From an uncultured Bacteroidia bacterium (GTDB lineage: Bacteria; Bacteroidota; Bacteroidia; JANWVE01), in contig CALIZB010000045.1 in the NCBI GenBank assembly GCA_938028625.1, positions 192-64,191 on the forward strand: a DNA stretch of 64,000 nt. Direction: 5' to 3'. The position numbers and the translations under genes are program-made. This document shows, piece by piece, positions 18,841 through 29,403 of this stretch (the first letter of the stretch is position 1; the number at the start of each line of letters is the position of its first letter). The notes under the pieces are model-generated. The model did not search any database, was not told where the DNA came from, and was given only the letters and a program-made list of their open reading frames with translations.

Positions 18841-21800
18841 ATGCGAAACAGAAATCTCATATTAGTATTTACTGCCTTATTGGCACTCATCTGTATCTAT
18901 CAGTTGTACTTTACATTTGCATCTTATCAGGACGACAAACGCATCAACAGAATGTCCAAAGCCAACCGCGAAAAGTACTTTGAAAATCCAAAAAATTACC
19001 AAAGCTATTTAGATACCAAAGGAAAAGCTATTAACCTTGGATTAGACCTTCGCGGAGGTATGCACGTAGTTTTAGAAGTTCAGGTATCGGAATTAGTTCG
19101 TAATCTTGCCAATAATCCTGCGGACCCAACACTAAACAAGGCTATCGCAGAAGCACGCGAACTACAAAAAAACCGAAATGCTTCATTTGTTAAACTCATG
19201 ATAGAAAGCTACTTAAAACTCAATCCTAATGGCAGATTAGCTACACTTTATGCTAATGCTACAAATGGGTTAAGTTTAAGTTCTTCTAATAGCGAAGTAG
19301 AGGCTTATCTCAACAAACGTGTAGAAGATGCTAACGAAAATGCTTTCAAGGTACTCCGCAAACGTATTGACAAATTCGGGCTTACTCAGCCTAATATTCA
19401 GCGAGTTCCTAATACAGACCGTATTACCGTAGAACTACCCGGGGTAACAGATACGCTCTCTGTAAAACGTGTACGCCAACTTTTACAAGGTTCTGCTAAA
19501 TTAGAGTTTTGGACAACGTACGAATTTCAGGATATTGTGCAATACTTACAACAAGCTAACGACCGTGCCAAAGAAATTCTAAACGAACAGCCTAAACCTG
19601 AACTTAAAACAAAAGAAGATAGCTTAAAGTACGAGGCACAGCAAAAATTAGAAAAACAAATTCAGGAATATCGCAGAAAAACTACCGAAGAACTCAAAAA
19701 AGATACAGTTTTAGCTAAAAATGCCGTCCTTAAAGCCAAAGTGGATTCTATTCGCAAACGCGACTCCTTGATTTCCAAAGATGCTAATCAGAGTGAAGCA
19801 GAATTCAAAAAAGAAAATCCGCTTTTTGGTATGCTCAACTACTTTTTGTTAGGAAACCAAAACCGCTTGGGTAAAGGTCCTATGGTAGGTGCAGCGCACA
19901 GAGCAGATACCAGCAAAATCAATAAAATTCTTAAACATCCTTACGTAAAATCTATACTTCCTGCTGATGTAAAATTCTTATGGGCGGCTAAACCTATGAC
20001 TAAACAGGAAGCAGGTACAGATAAACTCATAGGTGCTATAGAATTAATAGCCATTCGTACTAATAAAGAAAATAAAGCTCCATTAGAAGGTGATGTTGTA
20101 GTAGAAGCTACACAAGGTTTTAACCAAGATAACAACGAAGCCGAAGTAAATATGACTATGAATGCACGCGGTACTCAGATTTGGAGAAGATTGACCAGTG
20201 ATAACGTAGGTAAAGCTATTGCTATTGTATTAGATGATGTAGTGTATTCTTATCCACGTGTAAATTATGCTATTACAGGCGGACGTTCTCAAATTACAGG
20301 TAACTTTACCGTTAATGAAGCCAAAGACTTAGCAAACGTACTGGTTTCAGGTAGAATGATGGCACCTATTGTGATAGCACAAGAGCAAGTAATAGGACCT
20401 TCTTTGGGACAAAAAGCTGTTAAGCAAGGGCTTTGGTCTATGATTATAGCCACTATACTGATTATGATAGCTATGGGCTTTTACTATAATAAAGCAGGTA
20501 GAATAGCCGATATTGTACTTATTGCTAATATATTCTTTATTATTGGAGTGTTAGCTTCGTTTGGATTAGCTTTAACATTACCTGGTATTGCAGGTTTAGT
20601 ATTAACTATCGGTATTGCCGTAGATGCTAACGTACTTGTATACGAACGTATACGTGAAGAATTAGCACTCGGAAAACGCTTAAAACTTGCTATTAGTGAA
20701 GGTTTTAAAAACGCTCTTTCCTCTATCCTTGACGCTAACATTACTACTTTGCTCATTGGTATTATCTTGTATCGCTTCGGTTCAGGACCTATTCAAGGTT
20801 TTGCTACTACGCTCATTATTGGTATTTTATGTTCATTATTTACCGTAGTACTTCTGACACGTATTGTTTTTGATTATCTTGCCGCTAAAAATGACGATAC
20901 TGTTATCACTTTTGGTAACCGATATACCATGAATCTACTCAAAGGCTTTAACTTTGATTTCGTAGGCAAACGCAGATACTTTATTATAGGTTCATGGGCT
21001 TTGATTGCCTTGGGGATTATTTCTATGGCAACACGCGGCTTAAACTATGGTGTAGATTTCAAAGGAGGACGTGAGTATTATGTGGCTTTTAATAAACCCA
21101 TAGAAACTTCTGATATTCGTACTAAACTTTCACAACCTTTACAAAGCGCCCCCGAAGTAAAAACCTATGGTAGCGCTAACCAAGTACTTATTCGCACAAA
21201 CTACAAAGTAGATAACCGTGATGAAAAAACTGCCCAAGAAGTAGAAAACTTATTGATAAGTTCGCTCAAATCTAGCTTCCCTGGTAGCGACCCTAAAATT
21301 CTCTCATCTCAACTCGTAGGACCTACTGTGGCAAAAGACATTACATATAGTGCGTTCAAGTCTATATTTTTGTCTTTAATAGTTGTATTTGCGTATCTCT
21401 TTATTCGCTTCCGCAGATGGACATTCAGTACAGGTGCAGTAGTAGCCCTCGCACATGACGTACTCATGATTTTCTCTGTTTTCTCTCTACTTAATGGTAT
21501 TGTACCTTTCTCGTTAGAACTTGACCAAGCATTTATTGCGGCAGTACTAACCATTATGGGTTATTCTATGAATGACACCGTAGTTGTATTTGACCGTATC
21601 CGCGAAAAAATACGTAATAACCCTTCTATTGATGAACGTACCAATATCAATCAGGCAATTAACGAAACACTCAGCCGTACTTTGATGACCTCTATCCTGA
21701 CCTTGATTGCGGTAATTGTATTGTTCTTTGCAGGAGATACCCTGCGCGGATTTAACTTTGCTTTGTTGATTGGTATTATTGTAGGTACATATTCTTCTAT

Positions 21801-21879
21801 CTTTATTGCAACTCCTGTGGTATTAGATTTTGGTAAGAAAAAACCTGCAACAGTTACAGAAACATCTAAAACGAAATAA
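18841..21879 (+). CDS. secDF: Protein translocase subunit SecDF (fused)
   Basis: 'LGLDLRGG', 'AIVLD', 'IGIAVDANVL..ERIREE', 'GVDFKGG', 'GYSMNDTVVVFDRIRE'. Confidence 0.97.
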   Translation: MRNRNLILVFTALLALICIYQLYFTFASYQDDKRINRMSKANREKYFENPKNYQSYLDTKGKAINLGLDLRGGMHVVLEVQVSELVRNLANNPADPTLNKAIAEARELQKNRNASFVKLMIESYLKLNPNGRLATLYANATNGLSLSSSNSEVEAYLNKRVEDANENAFKVLRKRIDKFGLTQPNIQRVPNTDRITVELPGVTDTLSVKRVRQLLQGSAKLEFWTTYEFQDIVQYLQQANDRAKEILNEQPKPELKTKEDSLKYEAQQKLEKQIQEYRRKTTEELKKDTVLAKNAVLKAKVDSIRKRDSLISKDANQSEAEFKKENPLFGMLNYFLLGNQNRLGKGPMVGAAHRADTSKINKILKHPYVKSILPADVKFLWAAKPMTKQEAGTDKLIGAIELIAIRTNKENKAPLEGDVVVEATQGFNQDNNEAEVNMTMNARGTQIWRRLTSDNVGKAIAIVLDDVVYSYPRVNYAITGGRSQITGNFTVNEAKDLANVLVSGRMMAPIVIAQEQVIGPSLGQKAVKQGLWSMIIATILIMIAMGFYYNKAGRIADIVLIANIFFIIGVLASFGLALTLPGIAGLVLTIGIAVDANVLVYERIREELALGKRLKLAISEGFKNALSSILDANITTLLIGIILYRFGSGPIQGFATTLIIGILCSLFTVVLLTRIVFDYLAAKNDDTVITFGNRYTMNLLKGFNFDFVGKRRYFIIGSWALIALGIISMATRGLNYGVDFKGGREYYVAFNKPIETSDIRTKLSQPLQSAPEVKTYGSANQVLIRTNYKVDNRDEKTAQEVENLLISSLKSSFPGSDPKILSSQLVGPTVAKDITYSAFKSIFLSLIVVFAYLFIRFRRWTFSTGAVVALAHDVLMIFSVFSLLNGIVPFSLELDQAFIAAVLTIMGYSMNDTVVVFDRIREKIRNNPSIDERTNINQAINETLSRTLMTSILTLIAVIVLFFAGDTLRGFNFALLIGIIVGTYSSIFIATPVVLDFGKKKPATVTETSKTK

Positions 21880-21898
21880 AGCTAGTCATTTAACCTTG

Positions 21899-21933
21899 AA
21901 ATCCCTTATTCTCTTACGAATAAGGGATTTTTT
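21899..21933 (+). terminator. Intrinsic terminator after secDF
   Basis: AAATCCCTTATTC-tcttac-GAATAAGGGATTT followed by TTT. Confidence 0.85.
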
Positions 21934-21966
21934 ATGTACAGCAAGTTATTTTCTTACTTTTGCACT

Positions 21967-22983
21967 ATGAAACATTTTAATATATGTTTGACAATTATTC
22001 TCTTCCTCGTTACAACGCTTTATGCTTGTAAAACGAGTAAATCCAATGTTAAAAACACTAAAAAAACAGAAGAGAAGGAAATCACGGTAATAAAAAAAGA
22101 CGTTAAAGCCAATATTCTTTTTGATGCAACCAAAGCCGAAATGGCAGGCAACGCAGACTGGGTTATAGATGCTGATATGTATAACCTTGGTACCGTCAAT
22201 AATGGAAAAATGGGCATCAGTAAAAAAGGTGAAGCTAATCCACAACGCTATCCTACACCCAGCATAGATAAAATCACTCCTTCCGATACCGAAGATATTT
22301 GGAAAGGGGCTTTATCCGCATGGGGAATAAGTTTAGTTAAAGCAAATTATGGTGTAGAAACTTTACCTTATGATGGAAAAATTACCTATAAAGACCCTTC
22401 TAATCCACAAGATTTAAGCCATTATAAGGTTTTTGTTGTTTGCGAACCCAATATTTTATTCACTCCTGATGAAAAAAAAGCTATTTTAGCCTTTGTGCGC
22501 GATGGCGGAGGTTTATTTATGATTGCCGACCACCACAAATCTGACCGTAATAATGACGGTTGCGATTCGCCTTGTGTTTGGAATGACCTTATGGAAACTA
22601 ATCCCTTTGGTATGCAATTTGACCAAAAATACTTTAATGAAATTACTGATAACGTGCTTACTTCGGACAAAAATCTTATTAACGGCACACATGGTAAAGT
22701 TAGAAGAGTAAAGTTTAGCGGTGGAACGTCTTTAACCTTGTTTCCTGATGTAAATCCTACGGTAAAAGGCGTAATATACAGCAAAAAAGGACAGTTAAAT
22801 AGCAACAAAGATGTTTTTTGTGCATACGCACAGTACGGACGTGGTAAAGTAGTAGCTCTTGGCGATAGTTCTCCCGCAGATGACGGCACAGGCGACCCTA
22901 ACGACAAACTTTACAAAGGCTGGACAGAAATTGACGGACACGCTCCACTTATCCTCAATGCAACAGAATGGTTAGCCAAATAA
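21967..22983 (+). CDS. Lipoprotein with a class I glutamine-amidotransferase-like domain, function unknown
   Basis: Lipobox LYA-C; 'LFDATKAEMAGNADW', 'FVRDGGGLFMIADH', 'YGRGKVVALGDSS'. Confidence 0.6.
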   Translation: MKHFNICLTIILFLVTTLYACKTSKSNVKNTKKTEEKEITVIKKDVKANILFDATKAEMAGNADWVIDADMYNLGTVNNGKMGISKKGEANPQRYPTPSIDKITPSDTEDIWKGALSAWGISLVKANYGVETLPYDGKITYKDPSNPQDLSHYKVFVVCEPNILFTPDEKKAILAFVRDGGGLFMIADHHKSDRNNDGCDSPCVWNDLMETNPFGMQFDQKYFNEITDNVLTSDKNLINGTHGKVRRVKFSGGTSLTLFPDVNPTVKGVIYSKKGQLNSNKDVFCAYAQYGRGKVVALGDSSPADDGTGDPNDKLYKGWTEIDGHAPLILNATEWLAK

Positions 22984-23087
22984 TTCTTAATCAAAAGATG
23001 AGAGATTTTTTGGTATTTCAAAAGTTTTTATTCGTTATTGGTCATATTGTAAAAAAGTCATAGTCAAATTTTAGCGTATTTTGTACT

Positions 23088-24332
23088 ATGCTATGGGTCA
23101 ATATTAAAGAAGCCATACAAGCTACGCGAGCTAATTTGTTACGTACAATTCTGACAATGCTCATTATTGCTTTTGGAATAATGGCGTTAGTAGGCATTCT
23201 TACCGCTATTGACGGAATAAAATATGCTATGACAGATAAATTCTCACTGATGGGGGCGAATACGTTCAAAATTATGAACCAATCCTCTAAAATACGCATT
23301 GGGGGTAAAAAACGTCCTCGCTCTTCTGAAAAGAAAAATCCTGAAATTACTCAAAAAAACATACAAGATTTTATACAAAACTATACTTTTCCTGCCACTA
23401 TCAGTATCAGCAGTGCCAATATGCAGTTGGGTCAGGTAAAATATGAAAACCGTAAAACTAATCCCAATATCAGCATCAAAGGGGGAGATGAAGGTTTTTT
23501 AGTTGTAGAAGGATACAGTATAGCACAAGGTAGAAATTTTAATCTATTTGAGGTAAAAGAAGGTTTACCTGTGGTTATTATTGGGGAACAAGTGCGAAAA
23601 GAACTATTTCCTTATCAAAATCCTTTGCAAAAACAAGTAACGATTAACGGAAAACATTTTACAGTAATTGGTGTGTTTGAAGAAAAAGGTTCAGCATTAG
23701 GTTTTGGAGGAGATAAAATTGTGGTTATGCCATATCTCACTTTGGATAAAAATTTTGCCAATCTTACAGGAAATAAAAACTATCAAATCAATGTAACGGT
23801 AAAAGAAAATACATTATTAGACCCTGCCATAGAAGAAGCTCGTGCGGTGATGCGCAAGGTAAGAGGGTTAAATGTTCAGCAGGAAGATAATTTTGGTTTT
23901 ATCAAGTCTGATGCGCTCTCTACGCTTTTAATGGACGAGTTAGCTATTGTGAGAATTGCGGCTACGTTTATTGGTCTGATTACGCTTACAGGTGCCGCAG
24001 TAGGTTTGATGAACATTATGTTAGTCAGTGTAACAGAAAGAACTCGTGAGATAGGTATACGTAAATCTCTGGGGGCAACTAAGAAAAACATATTAAGTCA
24101 GTTTCTTACCGAAGCTGTGGTAATTTGTCAGTTAGGTGGGCTATTGGGCATTATATTAGGCATTTTGATAGGTAACCTTGTATCTGTTGCTATTGGTACT
24201 GCATTTATTATACCTTGGCTGTGGATAGGGGTAGCTGTTACCCTGTGTCTGATAGTGGGACTGGTTTCGGGCATATACCCTGCATGGAAAGCCGCCAATT
24301 TAGACCCTATTGAAGCATTGAGATACGAGTAG
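23088..24332 (+). CDS. ABC transporter permease (MacB/FtsX family)
   Basis: 'LRTILTML', '[25 protein letters not shown]', '[17 protein letters not shown]'. Confidence 0.93.
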   Translation: MLWVNIKEAIQATRANLLRTILTMLIIAFGIMALVGILTAIDGIKYAMTDKFSLMGANTFKIMNQSSKIRIGGKKRPRSSEKKNPEITQKNIQDFIQNYTFPATISISSANMQLGQVKYENRKTNPNISIKGGDEGFLVVEGYSIAQGRNFNLFEVKEGLPVVIIGEQVRKELFPYQNPLQKQVTINGKHFTVIGVFEEKGSALGFGGDKIVVMPYLTLDKNFANLTGNKNYQINVTVKENTLLDPAIEEARAVMRKVRGLNVQQEDNFGFIKSDALSTLLMDELAIVRIAATFIGLITLTGAAVGLMNIMLVSVTERTREIGIRKSLGATKKNILSQFLTEAVVICQLGGLLGIILGILIGNLVSVAIGTAFIIPWLWIGVAVTLCLIVGLVSGIYPAWKAANLDPIEALRYE

Positions 24333-24333
24333 A

Positions 24334-24900
24334 TTATTTTCCGAAAAGTTCTTGTTCTACTCTTGCACAAAGTAAATGCGCAATAAGTTCATGTCCTTCT
24401 TGAATACGGGCTACATCAGTAGAATCTATACAAAAACAGTATTGGCATAAATCAAGCATTTTTCCCCCTGTTTTACCTGTAAAACCGATAGTTATACATT
24501 GTTTTTTAACAGCTGTTTCTAATGCTAAAAGCACATTTTTAGAATTTCCTGAGGTAGAAATGCCCATTACTACATCACCAGGATTAGCTAATGCCGAGAG
24601 TGGTTTTTGAAAAATATACTCAAATCCGAAGTCATTCCCAATAGCAGTAACTTCTGAGGAATTAGCAGTAAGAGCTATAGCAGGTAAAGACGCCCGTTTT
24701 CTGTTATAGAATGAACCTGAAAATTCCGCCGCCCAGTGTTGTGCATCAGCCGCAGAACCGCCGTTGCCAAAGATAAGCAGTTTATTGCCTTGTCTAAAAG
24801 CATGTATAAGTATCTGTGCTACCTGTTCTATGTATTGAGCTTGTGATAGAAGTTGTTGTTTTATCCGAATAGCTTCTTGTATTTCGTTATGAATGTACAT
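24334..24900 (-). CDS. gmhA: D-sedoheptulose-7-phosphate isomerase
   Basis: 'GNGGSAADAQH', 'TAIGNDFG', 'GISTSGNSKNV', 'ARIQEGH'. Confidence 0.93.
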   Translation of the reverse strand: MYIHNEIQEAIRIKQQLLSQAQYIEQVAQILIHAFRQGNKLLIFGNGGSAADAQHWAAEFSGSFYNRKRASLPAIALTANSSEVTAIGNDFGFEYIFQKPLSALANPGDVVMGISTSGNSKNVLLALETAVKKQCITIGFTGKTGGKMLDLCQYCFCIDSTDVARIQEGHELIAHLLCARVEQELFGK

Positions 24901-25036
24901 TTAAAGGACAAAAATACATTTTATCACGCGGTTATACAAATTCTATTTTTATATGTACAGCGTATAAACTTCAAAGTTTTTGATTATTTTCTTTTTTAGA
25001 TGGTGTTTGTCAAAAAATATAAGTACATTTGTTGTT

Positions 25037-25912
25037 ATGAACTTATATCAAAAACCACCACGCAGTCTGCCGTTTATACAGCAGTTATGTATTATTTTTG
25101 GAGGCATAGTTCAAGCTATTGGTTGGGTATTTTTTTGTGTAGGTTCTTTATTTATTGCTGTTTTTGGATACACAAGCGAACCTATCATAAAACCTAATAC
25201 AAAAAAATGGGATATTGTACAAGGTGTAGTGCGGCAAACATCGGCTACGTCTAGCTCTGAAAATAAAAGACAAATATACAAAATTACGTCTAACTATTTA
25301 TACAAAGGAATTACTTACGAAAACATATCCTACAAAGTAGGTATGCCATTAAGCATAGGTCAAAATATTTCTATAAAAGTGAATCCTAACAATCCAAGTG
25401 AAAGTGAAGCAGAAGGTTTAAGAACCCAACCCTTTTCAGGAATTGTAGTTATTTTTTTATCACCTTTTTTGATTTTTAGCTTATTTTTGATTATTCCGAA
25501 TGCAAGAAAAAATCTCAAAGCGCGTAATTTACTGCTATTTGGTGAGTTTACCCGTGGTACGCTAAAAGAAAAAAGAGCAACAAATACTACCATTACTATC
25601 AATAATGTAAGGTATCCTGTGTATTATTACATCTTTGAATTTGAATATATGGGCAAAAAACATGAAGCTCATGGAAAAACACATAAAGGCTGGCTGTTAG
25701 AAGACGAAGCCAAGGAAAAAATACTATTTAATCCTGTAAATCCTGCTGAAAATGTTATTTATGATGCTATACCTACAATGCCTAAAATAGACCCGCAAGG
25801 TAACGCAACCCTTACTGCCCAAAGTTATGGTAATTTAATTTTACCTGCTATCGGTATTTTATTATTTGTATTTTTCACTATTCCTATTCTGATGCGGCTG
25901 TTAGGGCTTTGA
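25037..25912 (+). CDS. DUF3592-like membrane protein
   Basis: TM, small beta domain ('GQNISIKVNPNNPS'), TM, second similar domain, TM. Confidence 0.6.
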   Translation: MNLYQKPPRSLPFIQQLCIIFGGIVQAIGWVFFCVGSLFIAVFGYTSEPIIKPNTKKWDIVQGVVRQTSATSSSENKRQIYKITSNYLYKGITYENISYKVGMPLSIGQNISIKVNPNNPSESEAEGLRTQPFSGIVVIFLSPFLIFSLFLIIPNARKNLKARNLLLFGEFTRGTLKEKRATNTTITINNVRYPVYYYIFEFEYMGKKHEAHGKTHKGWLLEDEAKEKILFNPVNPAENVIYDAIPTMPKIDPQGNATLTAQSYGNLILPAIGILLFVFFTIPILMRLLGL

Positions 25913-25944
25913 TAAATTTTATTGTGTATTTTTATGCACAAAAA

Positions 25945-27357
25945 ATGAAGTTATTCACTATACAAACATTTATTACAAACTGTTTTCCTTTGTATGTTTT
26001 AATTTTAAGCCTAGCTATTCGTTTGATATACACCTTACAATATCCTTTGCTTTTAGGTGATGGATATGAATATCATCAAGAAGCCGTAAATATACTCAAA
26101 TACGGTATTTTTTCTCGCAGTGAGTATCCGCCTATTGAACCTACCTACACGCGCGTACCTGGGTATCCTTTATTTTTGGCAGGAATATATTTCATTTTTG
26201 GAATACATTATCAATATGCACTTATTGTACAGGTTATATTATCTACCATAACCGCGTACTGGATATATCGTTTAATACTAGATAGTGCTATACCGAAGGC
26301 AAAGCAGATTGCATACATTTTTTTAGTACTAAATGCCGTATATTTTAGAGCAGATATATTTGTCAATCATATTTTAAGCGAGACTCTGACTACATTTATT
26401 ACAGTAGGTACAGCATATTACCTCATTCATCAAAAAAATCTCTATAAAACTGCTTTTTTATTAGGCTACGGCATGATAATACGCGTAGATATGGTTATTT
26501 TACCTGTTTTTATCTTGTTTTTTTTATGGTTATACCGAAATAAATATAAATTTTCATACAAAAAAGCGATTATTTCCATAGTTCTGCTGATGTTTCCTAT
26601 AAGTCTTTGGACACTTCGCAATGCTATTACTTTTGGAATATTTATGCCTGTTTCTGCGCCGTTTCCTGTGCATAGCGTATCTAAATCAGGGTTTGCGCTG
26701 TGGTGCAAAACATGGATTACCCAAGAAAATGAAATGCAAAAAGGACATTGGAGCATAATGTTTTGTGAATATCAAGATTTTGGTAAAGCAGATATTCCTG
26801 AATATGCTTTTGGGTCAGAACAGGAAAAAAAAGACATTTTACAGATACAAAATGAAATCAATGCTACACATAGTTATACTACTCAAATGGATAGTATTTT
26901 TAGACATTATGCTCATGAACATATTCAAAAAAAACCATTTAAGGTATTTGTTATTAATCCTATTCTCACCGCATGGCATTTATGGGTGCATACAGGTTCA
27001 GAGTATTTTTGGTTTTTGCAAGGAATATCTTTGTCTGATGCTTTAAAGCAACCTTTTACTTTGTTGCATAGCTTTAAAGTTGTATTGAGTGTGTTATACC
27101 TTTGTTTGTTAGTTTTAGCATTTGTGGGAATGATATATTTTTTTACTCACAAACTATGGAGATACAACCTATTCGTTTTTATACTTTTGATTTGGTTACA
27201 TAGAACGTCTTTTTACATGTTTTTATTTTTACCTGAACACAGATACATGACTTCTGCTATATGGGTGGTGTATGTATTTAGCATAATAGGTTTATTATAT
27301 ACGGTGTATGCCGTCAGAAATAAAGGTTTTTACCATTTGAATTCTTTGCCCCAGTAG
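25945..27357 (+). CDS. GT-C fold (PMT/ArnT-like) membrane glycosyltransferase
   Basis: 'GDGYEY', 'RVPGYPLFLA', 'ILSETL', 'WTLRN', 'EHRY'; many TMs. Confidence 0.75.
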   Translation: MKLFTIQTFITNCFPLYVLILSLAIRLIYTLQYPLLLGDGYEYHQEAVNILKYGIFSRSEYPPIEPTYTRVPGYPLFLAGIYFIFGIHYQYALIVQVILSTITAYWIYRLILDSAIPKAKQIAYIFLVLNAVYFRADIFVNHILSETLTTFITVGTAYYLIHQKNLYKTAFLLGYGMIIRVDMVILPVFILFFLWLYRNKYKFSYKKAIISIVLLMFPISLWTLRNAITFGIFMPVSAPFPVHSVSKSGFALWCKTWITQENEMQKGHWSIMFCEYQDFGKADIPEYAFGSEQEKKDILQIQNEINATHSYTTQMDSIFRHYAHEHIQKKPFKVFVINPILTAWHLWVHTGSEYFWFLQGISLSDALKQPFTLLHSFKVVLSVLYLCLLVLAFVGMIYFFTHKLWRYNLFVFILLIWLHRTSFYMFLFLPEHRYMTSAIWVVYVFSIIGLLYTVYAVRNKGFYHLNSLPQ

Positions 27358-29075
27358 TATTCATCTTTTGATTTATCTTTGGGGGGAGGTGGAAATTGTT
27401 TTAAGGTTTGGAGTATCTGTCCTTTGGTTTTGTCGCTATACAAAATGACTTTTGTAACTTTATTTTTGTTGTAGGTTGCTTTGTAAATGGGGAATTTTTT
27501 GAGTGAGTAAGCCGTACACGTACCGTCAAGGTCATTGGCGTCAAAATAGCCTTCCCAGAGTAAAATCCCTGTATTTTTTTCATAAACTTTCCATTTTCCT
27601 TCTTTGAAACTATCTTCGTACATACCAATTTGTATCGTTTGCATACCGTTCCAATTAAGATCTTCTTCTTTCCAGATGCCGTTTTTTTTACCATCTATGT
27701 ACATTCCGTAATAGTCAAAGCAAGAGTCTTTGGTATTGATAATTTTCCATATACCTTGTTTTGTTCCCTCTTCATACATTCCGATGAGGTTTTTTTCTTG
27801 CCAAATTCCTGTTTTTTCGCCTTTTTTAAATTCACCTTTGGCAATAATTTTTCCTGTGCTATCTCTGAATATCCATATACCTTCTTTTTCGTCATCAACG
27901 TATTTTCCTGAACTGTTTCCTTCTTGCCATATTCCTTGCCTTTTGCTATTTATATATTCCCCTTGTTCTACAAAATTTTCCAACCAAATTCCTACTTTTT
28001 CACCTTTTTCATACCTTCCGCGAGATTTAGTAAGTCCATTTTCGTCAAATTCTACCCAGATACTATCTTCTTTACCATCTAAATACTTTCCTATGGCACT
28101 AATAGCTCCATTTTTATGATAATACCGCCAGATTCCTGTTTCTGCACCTTGTAAATTAAAATATCCCGAAGATTTTATTTTTTTGAAGTGCTCGTCCCAG
28201 AATGCGTTATATTTGCCTACGGGGATATGTTCATTGGTTTTGGGGTTTGTAATACATTCAAATTGTGCAATCAGGCTTTCTGTTTTTACTTGGCATATTT
28301 CTACTTTGGACTCATACATGACTTTACCTTGTTTGTACGCCGCTACCATGTCGCGAAGTCCGTTGGGTTGAAAAGAAAGCCACCTACCATCTTTTTTGCC
28401 TGCATAATATAGCCCTTCGGTTTTAAGTTGTTTATTAGGATGATAAGCGATATACTCTCCGTGTAATAAACCACCAAGATAATTTTCTTGTGCTTCAGTG
28501 TTTCCATTTTCATAGAAATATTCCCATAATCCTGTTTTTTGGTCATAATAGTACTGTCCTGTAACGGCTATATTTCCATTTGGGTAGAATCGTTGAAATT
28601 GTCCGTTCATTTTATCATCTGTGTAGGTCGTAATTTCATGAATTTTACCATCAGGGTAATAAAATTTGAATATGCCATTTTTTTTACCATTTTTATATGT
28701 TCCTTCTTCTTGCAAAATACCATTTTCGTTATATTCTTTACAGTATCCATGTTTAACATTGTTTTGGTAAAAGGCTTCATATCTTGGGCGATTTTCTGTG
28801 TAGTATTCTATCCATAAAGAGTCTTTTTGTCCATAAATATATTTGCCACTTACCAAAAGATAACTTCCTGTACTGTCCCAACGCTTATAGTATCCGTGAT
28901 AGAGTGGTTTTTTATACTCATCTTTGATATACTGATATTGCAGAATAATTTTTTTGGCTTTATTTTTTTCTGTATAGGTTTCTAGATATAGTTTGGGTGG
29001 TTTAGATTTTTGAGCATACAGCAACGGAGTTAGAAAGCCAAAAAAGAACAGTAACAGAAAGGTTTTTGTCATCAT
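27330..29075 (-). CDS. Secreted MORN-variant (YwqK-like) repeat protein
   Basis: Signal peptide; many 'G.Y..GKK.G.W..YY.NG' repeats. Confidence 0.85.
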   Translation of the reverse strand: MMTKTFLLLFFFGFLTPLLYAQKSKPPKLYLETYTEKNKAKKIILQYQYIKDEYKKPLYHGYYKRWDSTGSYLLVSGKYIYGQKDSLWIEYYTENRPRYEAFYQNNVKHGYCKEYNENGILQEEGTYKNGKKNGIFKFYYPDGKIHEITTYTDDKMNGQFQRFYPNGNIAVTGQYYYDQKTGLWEYFYENGNTEAQENYLGGLLHGEYIAYHPNKQLKTEGLYYAGKKDGRWLSFQPNGLRDMVAAYKQGKVMYESKVEICQVKTESLIAQFECITNPKTNEHIPVGKYNAFWDEHFKKIKSSGYFNLQGAETGIWRYYHKNGAISAIGKYLDGKEDSIWVEFDENGLTKSRGRYEKGEKVGIWLENFVEQGEYINSKRQGIWQEGNSSGKYVDDEKEGIWIFRDSTGKIIAKGEFKKGEKTGIWQEKNLIGMYEEGTKQGIWKIINTKDSCFDYYGMYIDGKKNGIWKEEDLNWNGMQTIQIGMYEDSFKEGKWKVYEKNTGILLWEGYFDANDLDGTCTAYSLKKFPIYKATYNKNKVTKVILYSDKTKGQILQTLKQFPPPPKDKSKDEYYWGKEFKW

Positions 29076-29189
29076 TGTCAGGCAAAGTTAAGAGATTTTA
29101 GGTGATGTTATGCAAATACAATGTACATGTTGCATTTTTGCTGAAAGAGTGAACCGTAGGGTGAGTGTCTTCGTCACAATGAGGATAGC

Positions 29190-29305
29190 AATTGAGTAGA
29201 GTGGTGATTGAGTAGCCCGAAGTGTGGTCAATGAACTCGCCAAACTGTACCGAAGTCGCTGATAAAAAAAGTTATTTCAGTACACTGCGCTACTCAATGA
29301 CTGCA
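29190..29305. repeat. Degenerate inverted-repeat intergenic element (REP-like)
   Basis: GTGATTGAGTAGC (29204-29216) and GCTACTCAATGAC (29289-29301) are inverted repeats with 1 mismatch. Extra ATTGAGTAG copy at 29191. Confidence 0.5.
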
Positions 29306-29345
29306 TTTTGAATGACAATCTGGAATAAACCCTAATAACAGGCAT

Positions 29346-29382
29346 AAAAAAATACAGGAATACTTTTTGGGATATTCCTGTA
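29346..29382 (-). terminator. Intrinsic terminator for the T9SS gene ending at 29404
   Basis: TACAGGAATA...TATTCCTGTA stem with a T7 tail on the minus strand. Confidence 0.7.
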
Positions 29383-29403
29383 AATTTTATCCGAAACTTA
29401 TAG

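Noticed and set aside
27330..29075. Toxin-antitoxin module implied by the YwqK-like label
   Set aside because: MORN-variant repeats are generic, and no adjacent toxin gene is recognisable.
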